From assembly GCA_046318155.1 (NCBI GenBank), contig JBKCUU010000074.1:1-12455 (forward strand): DNA of 12,455 bases, written 5' to 3'. Both the position numbers and the translations under genes were made by a program. The first letter of the stretch is position 1. Every line of letters begins with the position of its first letter. This stretch comes from Bdellovibrio sp. Lineage in GTDB: Bacteria > Bdellovibrionota > Bdellovibrionia > Bdellovibrionales > Bdellovibrionaceae. Under the pieces are notes generated by a model. That model worked only from the letters and a program-made list of their open reading frames with translations. It did not search any database and was not told where the DNA came from. Shown here one piece after another: positions 9,192 to 12,455 of the stretch.

Positions 9192-10593
9192 GGCGTTTAA
9201 TATCGTCTTCGTGCGCACGCACTTTGAGAATCACGCCTTTTTCATCGTAGGATTCTGCCAAAACGCGCATCTTACTGCGAATCTCGCCGATCGCGCCGTG
9301 CACATCGTAGGGAATGAAAAGATCCGTATCGATCATCTCGGTTTCAAAATAACCAATGAGTCGCAAGCGTAAAGCGGCCACATCTTCGGGATTATGAGCC
9401 GATAAAAACACGGCGTCGGGAAACTCTTGCTCGAGCGCCAGGCGCTCTTCAGCAGAAAGTCGGTCGACTTTGTTGAGCACTAAAAGACTTTGGATTTCGC
9501 TGGCGCCGACTTCACCCAAAACTGATTTTGTCACTTCAAGCTGCGAGCGAAAGGTGGGGTCCGATGAATCAACGACGTACAGCAAAAGCGAAGCATTCAG
9601 AGCTTCGTCCAAAGTTGATTTAAAAGAAGCCACCAGGTCGTGTGGCAATTTTTTAATAAACCCAACCGTATCAGAAATCAAAATCTTGGGACGGCTCTCG
9701 GGATAAAGCAAACGCACGGTCGTATCAAGTGTTGCAAACAGTTTATCGGCGACCAGAACTTTGCTGCCCGTGAGGGCCCGCATCAATGATGATTTCCCTG
9801 CATTGGTGTAGCCCACAAGCGCCACCGAGATCTCTTGATTGCGGCGTGAACGTCGATTGTCTTGCTCGACCGCGATCGAAGCCAGTTCACCTTTGAGTTC
9901 TTTAATGCGGTCGCGGATCTTTCTTTTATCGAGTTCAAGGCTGGTTTCTCCAGAGCCTTTACCGCCAACGCCGCCGCCGCCGCGGTCTTCACCGCCGCCC
10001 GTTTCGCGAAGGCGTGGGGCGACGTAGGTCAAGCGGGCAATTTCAACCTGCAAGCGGGCAGCGCGGGTGCGTGCATGGCGCGAAAAAATCTCGATGATCA
10101 CGCCGGTGCGGTCTAAAACTTGTGCCCCCGTGGCGCTCTCCAAGTTGCGGAGCTGGGACGGCGAGAGATCACAGTCAAAGATAACCACTTCGGCTTTTTC
10201 TTTGGGCGCTTGTGACCCTGCGGTGTCCTCAGAATCGTCATCATCCGTCGATTCATCCAGAAGGTCATCGGTCGAATCTTCGGTTTCTTCGGTGACGAGG
10301 TTTTTTTCAAATTTAAGAGCGGCTTTCGATAGTTTGCGCTCGACCATCGGACCAACCACGCCGGTGCCACCGGTCCACGACGCCAACTCTGCCAAGCGGC
10401 CATCACCAAGAACAGTGGCTTTGCGTTGTGAGCTTCGTCTTTGAGACATTTGCCCAACGACCCGGTAACCCAGCGTCGACACGAGGCGCGCCAGCTCAGC
10501 TAAAGAGCCTGCGTTTTCATCGTCGGTCGTTTTTGGAAGTTGAATGCCGACCAAGACAGCCGTGAGGGGAGTTGTGCGATTAAATGAATCCAT
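9166..10593 (-). CDS. hflX: Ribosome-splitting GTPase HflX
   Basis: LSPSQLRNLE, DRTGVIIEIFSRHARTRAARLQVEIARLTY, G-rich linker with GETSLELD, G1 GYTNAGKS, LFATLD, G3 DTVGFIKKLPHDLVASFKSTL, G4 NKVD and G5 SAH. Confidence 0.95.
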   Translation of the reverse strand: MDSFNRTTPLTAVLVGIQLPKTTDDENAGSLAELARLVSTLGYRVVGQMSQRRSSQRKATVLGDGRLAELASWTGGTGVVGPMVERKLSKAALKFEKNLVTEETEDSTDDLLDESTDDDDSEDTAGSQAPKEKAEVVIFDCDLSPSQLRNLESATGAQVLDRTGVIIEIFSRHARTRAARLQVEIARLTYVAPRLRETGGGEDRGGGGVGGKGSGETSLELDKRKIRDRIKELKGELASIAVEQDNRRSRRNQEISVALVGYTNAGKSSLMRALTGSKVLVADKLFATLDTTVRLLYPESRPKILISDTVGFIKKLPHDLVASFKSTLDEALNASLLLYVVDSSDPTFRSQLEVTKSVLGEVGASEIQSLLVLNKVDRLSAEERLALEQEFPDAVFLSAHNPEDVAALRLRLIGYFETEMIDTDLFIPYDVHGAIGEIRSKMRVLAESYDEKGVILKVRAHEDDIKRLKSRFALP

Positions 10594-10605
10594 TCGCTTA
10601 TGCCT

Positions 10606-11313
10606 TTACCAATCCAATGCCATCGGGCTCGACGGTGATCCGTCGTTGCTTGTAACATGGTGCCCAACGGGCGCTTCAGCCAACATCAAATCCAATTTTC
10701 CATCGGGGCGAACCAGTTTTATTTTTCCTTGGACGCGGTCACCATACTGCAAGGGTTTGAAGGTTTCGTTCTTATACAAAACTCCCCAACGTTTGTGATC
10801 CACCATTGCTTTGAGGCCCAAATCTGTTTCTTCCACAATGAGCAGTTCGACAACTTGGCCATTTTTAAAAACAGTGTGAAGAGCATCTTCTTTTTCGAGA
10901 AACTTATCGAGCTTCATCGAAGCGGCAATGCGTCCGCTCTTATCTAAATACACGCGAATGATAACGTCTTGTCCCACCCGCAGCGTGCGCGTTTGCTCGG
11001 CAAAAGGAAGAAAAAGATCTTTCGAAAGACCCCAATCAAAAAAAGACCCGACGCCCGTCGTTGAAACCACTCGCAAAAGAGCAAACTCTCCCACCTGGGC
11101 AAAAGGCTCTTCGGTCGTTCCCATCAAGCGGTCTTCAGAGTCGTAGCAGACAAACACTCTGAGCTGGTCGCCCACATTTAAATCAGGCGCAACGAAGCGG
11201 CGGGGGAGCAAAACATCCCCCTCATTGAGGCCATCTAAGTAGGCGCCAAATTCAGTCAGGCGTAAGACGCGCAAAGTATTGTATTGGCCGATTTCAGTCA
11301 GGGTCTCATGCAT
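10606..11313 (-). CDS. CvfB/YitL-like S1 RNA-binding protein, C-terminally short
   Basis: IGQYNTLRV...FGAYLD...VLLP, VFVCYDSEDRL, GSFFDWGLSKDLFLPFAEQ, YLDKSGRIAASMK, ETDLGLKAMVD, GVLYKNE and VRPDGKLDL are CvfB-type tandem S1-like domain motifs. Confidence 0.88.
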   Translation of the reverse strand: MHETLTEIGQYNTLRVLRLTEFGAYLDGLNEGDVLLPRRFVAPDLNVGDQLRVFVCYDSEDRLMGTTEEPFAQVGEFALLRVVSTTGVGSFFDWGLSKDLFLPFAEQTRTLRVGQDVIIRVYLDKSGRIAASMKLDKFLEKEDALHTVFKNGQVVELLIVEETDLGLKAMVDHKRWGVLYKNETFKPLQYGDRVQGKIKLVRPDGKLDLMLAEAPVGHHVTSNDGSPSSPMALDW

Positions 11314-11436
11314 GCCCTGCTCATACCCTAAAACCGACCATTGGCGCTATGGGATTCTTAAATTCGCCTCTACTTTTGTTGATCGGCCAAGCTTAGCCTG
11401 GAAAGGTTGGTGCTAGATCGGTATGAAGCCGTGAAT

Positions 11437-11458
11437 ACCAGAAAGACTCACTTCTGGT
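11437..11458 (-). terminator. Small hairpin downstream of the CBS gene; possible terminator
   Basis: ACCAGAA (11437-11443)/TTCTGGT (11452-11458) with an 8-nt loop, 18 nt after the CBS stop. Weak U-tract. Confidence 0.35.
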
Positions 11459-11476
11459 TTGTCCTGCAAGAAACGC

Positions 11477-11932
11477 TTAGGCGCTTGGTTCAGCAGGGTG
11501 GGTCGCTTCGATATAATCTTCGATCGAGACAACCTCACCCAGCTGCTCTTTGTCCAGGAGATCTGCCAGAATACGAAGCGCATCAATGGTCGTAAAAATG
11601 CCGACGACTTCACGCTTGCGATTGACGACAACCGCCGAGCCGTACTTGGATTCGGCCATGTCTTGGACCACATCTTTCATCGAGTCAAAAGCCGAAACAG
11701 TGTAGACCCGCGTTTTCATGATATCGCGTAAAGCGAGGATCTCTGACTTTTCAAGAGCGATCGCTTCTTTTAAGTCGCGTTCCGAAACCAATCCGACTAA
11801 TTTGTCAGATTCAACCACGGGTAAGTGGCGGATGTTGCAGTCTCTCATGTAGTCCAAAGCGTCGGCAAGGTCCATGTCAGGGTCGGCAATGTAGGGGCTT
11901 TTCACCATCGAGCTTGCAAGTTGTCTTTCCAT
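11477..11932 (-). CDS. Stand-alone CBS-pair protein (151 aa; start reassigned to ATG 11932)
   Basis: M...IRHLPVV...LVGLVSERDL and DIM...YGSAVVV...VVGIFTTIDAL form two CBS motifs. GAGGAG RBS precedes ATG 11932. Confidence 0.9.
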   Translation of the reverse strand: MERQLASSMVKSPYIADPDMDLADALDYMRDCNIRHLPVVESDKLVGLVSERDLKEAIALEKSEILALRDIMKTRVYTVSAFDSMKDVVQDMAESKYGSAVVVNRKREVVGIFTTIDALRILADLLDKEQLGEVVSIEDYIEATHPAEPSA

Positions 11933-12083
11933 TTTGTTCTCCTCATTTTGAGAGTCCGTGTTGTGTATCAGATTCGGTTGCTGAACGAGCTTATTGTCGG
12001 CCCACACCGAGGTGTTCTCAACACAAGTTTTCTTAACAACGAAAACGCACTGTTTGCATCTGACAAAATTCGTCGGGAAAACT

Positions 12084-12455
12084 TCACGTATTTTCGGAGG
12101 ATAGTCTCTTGAGGTCTTGGGGTCCCAGACGAAAGACAGTCCATTCTTGCTGAGGTTTCGCGCCAAGTTTGAGATAAAAATCAATTGCTCGCTGATTCCA
12201 TTTTAAAACGGACCATTCAAGACGGCCGCAGACACGTTCGTTTGCGATTTTCACAAGCTCCATTAACAAATGTTTACCGATGCTTTGAGATCTGAATTCG
12301 GGAAGTACAAAAAGATCTTCAAGGTAGAGGCCGGGCTGAGCTAAAAACGTCGAATAGCTCTGAAAGTAGAGTGCCATTCCTGCCGGGGCGCCCTCCCACT
12401 CCGCAATCAAAACCTCGGCAGGGGCTGGGTGCTCGGTCCCAAACAAAGTGCTCTC
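12084..12455 (-). CDS. GNAT N-acetyltransferase, SSAT/diamine-acetyltransferase-like (5' end outside window)
   Basis: GMALYFQSYSTFLAQPGLYLEDLFVLPEFRSQSIGKHL, RLEWSVLKWNQRAIDFYLKLGA. The frame is open to the window edge. Confidence 0.9.
   Translation of the reverse strand, partial: ESTLFGTEHPAPAEVLIAEWEGAPAGMALYFQSYSTFLAQPGLYLEDLFVLPEFRSQSIGKHLLMELVKIANERVCGRLEWSVLKWNQRAIDFYLKLGAKPQQEWTVFRLGPQDLKRLSSENT

Noticed and set aside
9960..10000. GCC/CCG trinucleotide repeat as a contingency locus or repeat array
   Set aside because: It encodes the normal glycine-rich linker of HflX.
11933..12184. 84-aa N-terminal extension of the CBS protein
   Set aside because: It overlaps the GNAT gene and intergenic DNA, and a strong GAGGAG RBS supports ATG 11932.

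Overview
Bacterial genomic window with no rRNA, tRNA or CRISPR array. The gene set and motifs resemble Bdellovibrionota or related deltaproteobacteria-like genomes, but that is inference only. The left part (1-5253) is a redox/detoxification block. It opens with an internal fragment of a probable ISL3-family transposase (minus strand, absent from the ORF track) that is joined abruptly to a 5'-truncated, frameshifted TauE/SafE sulfite-exporter remnant. Next come an intact ETHE1/Blh-type persulfide dioxygenase, then a katG plus catalase-associated-type ankyrin operon transcribed divergently from oxyR, with OxyR-like boxes in between. The right part (5317-12455) holds mostly housekeeping and RNA-related genes: an HI0933/YhiN flavoprotein, a 114-aa orphan, a DEDDy 3'-5' exonuclease, a hemolysin-III/PAQR membrane protein, a DTW-domain tRNA acp3U transferase, HflX with an acidic insertion, a CvfB-like S1 protein with no winged-helix domain, a CBS-pair protein and a partial GNAT. 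I see no clear evidence of a wholly new system. The best leads are the KatG/Cj1386-like ankyrin pairing and the transposase/tauE breakpoint.
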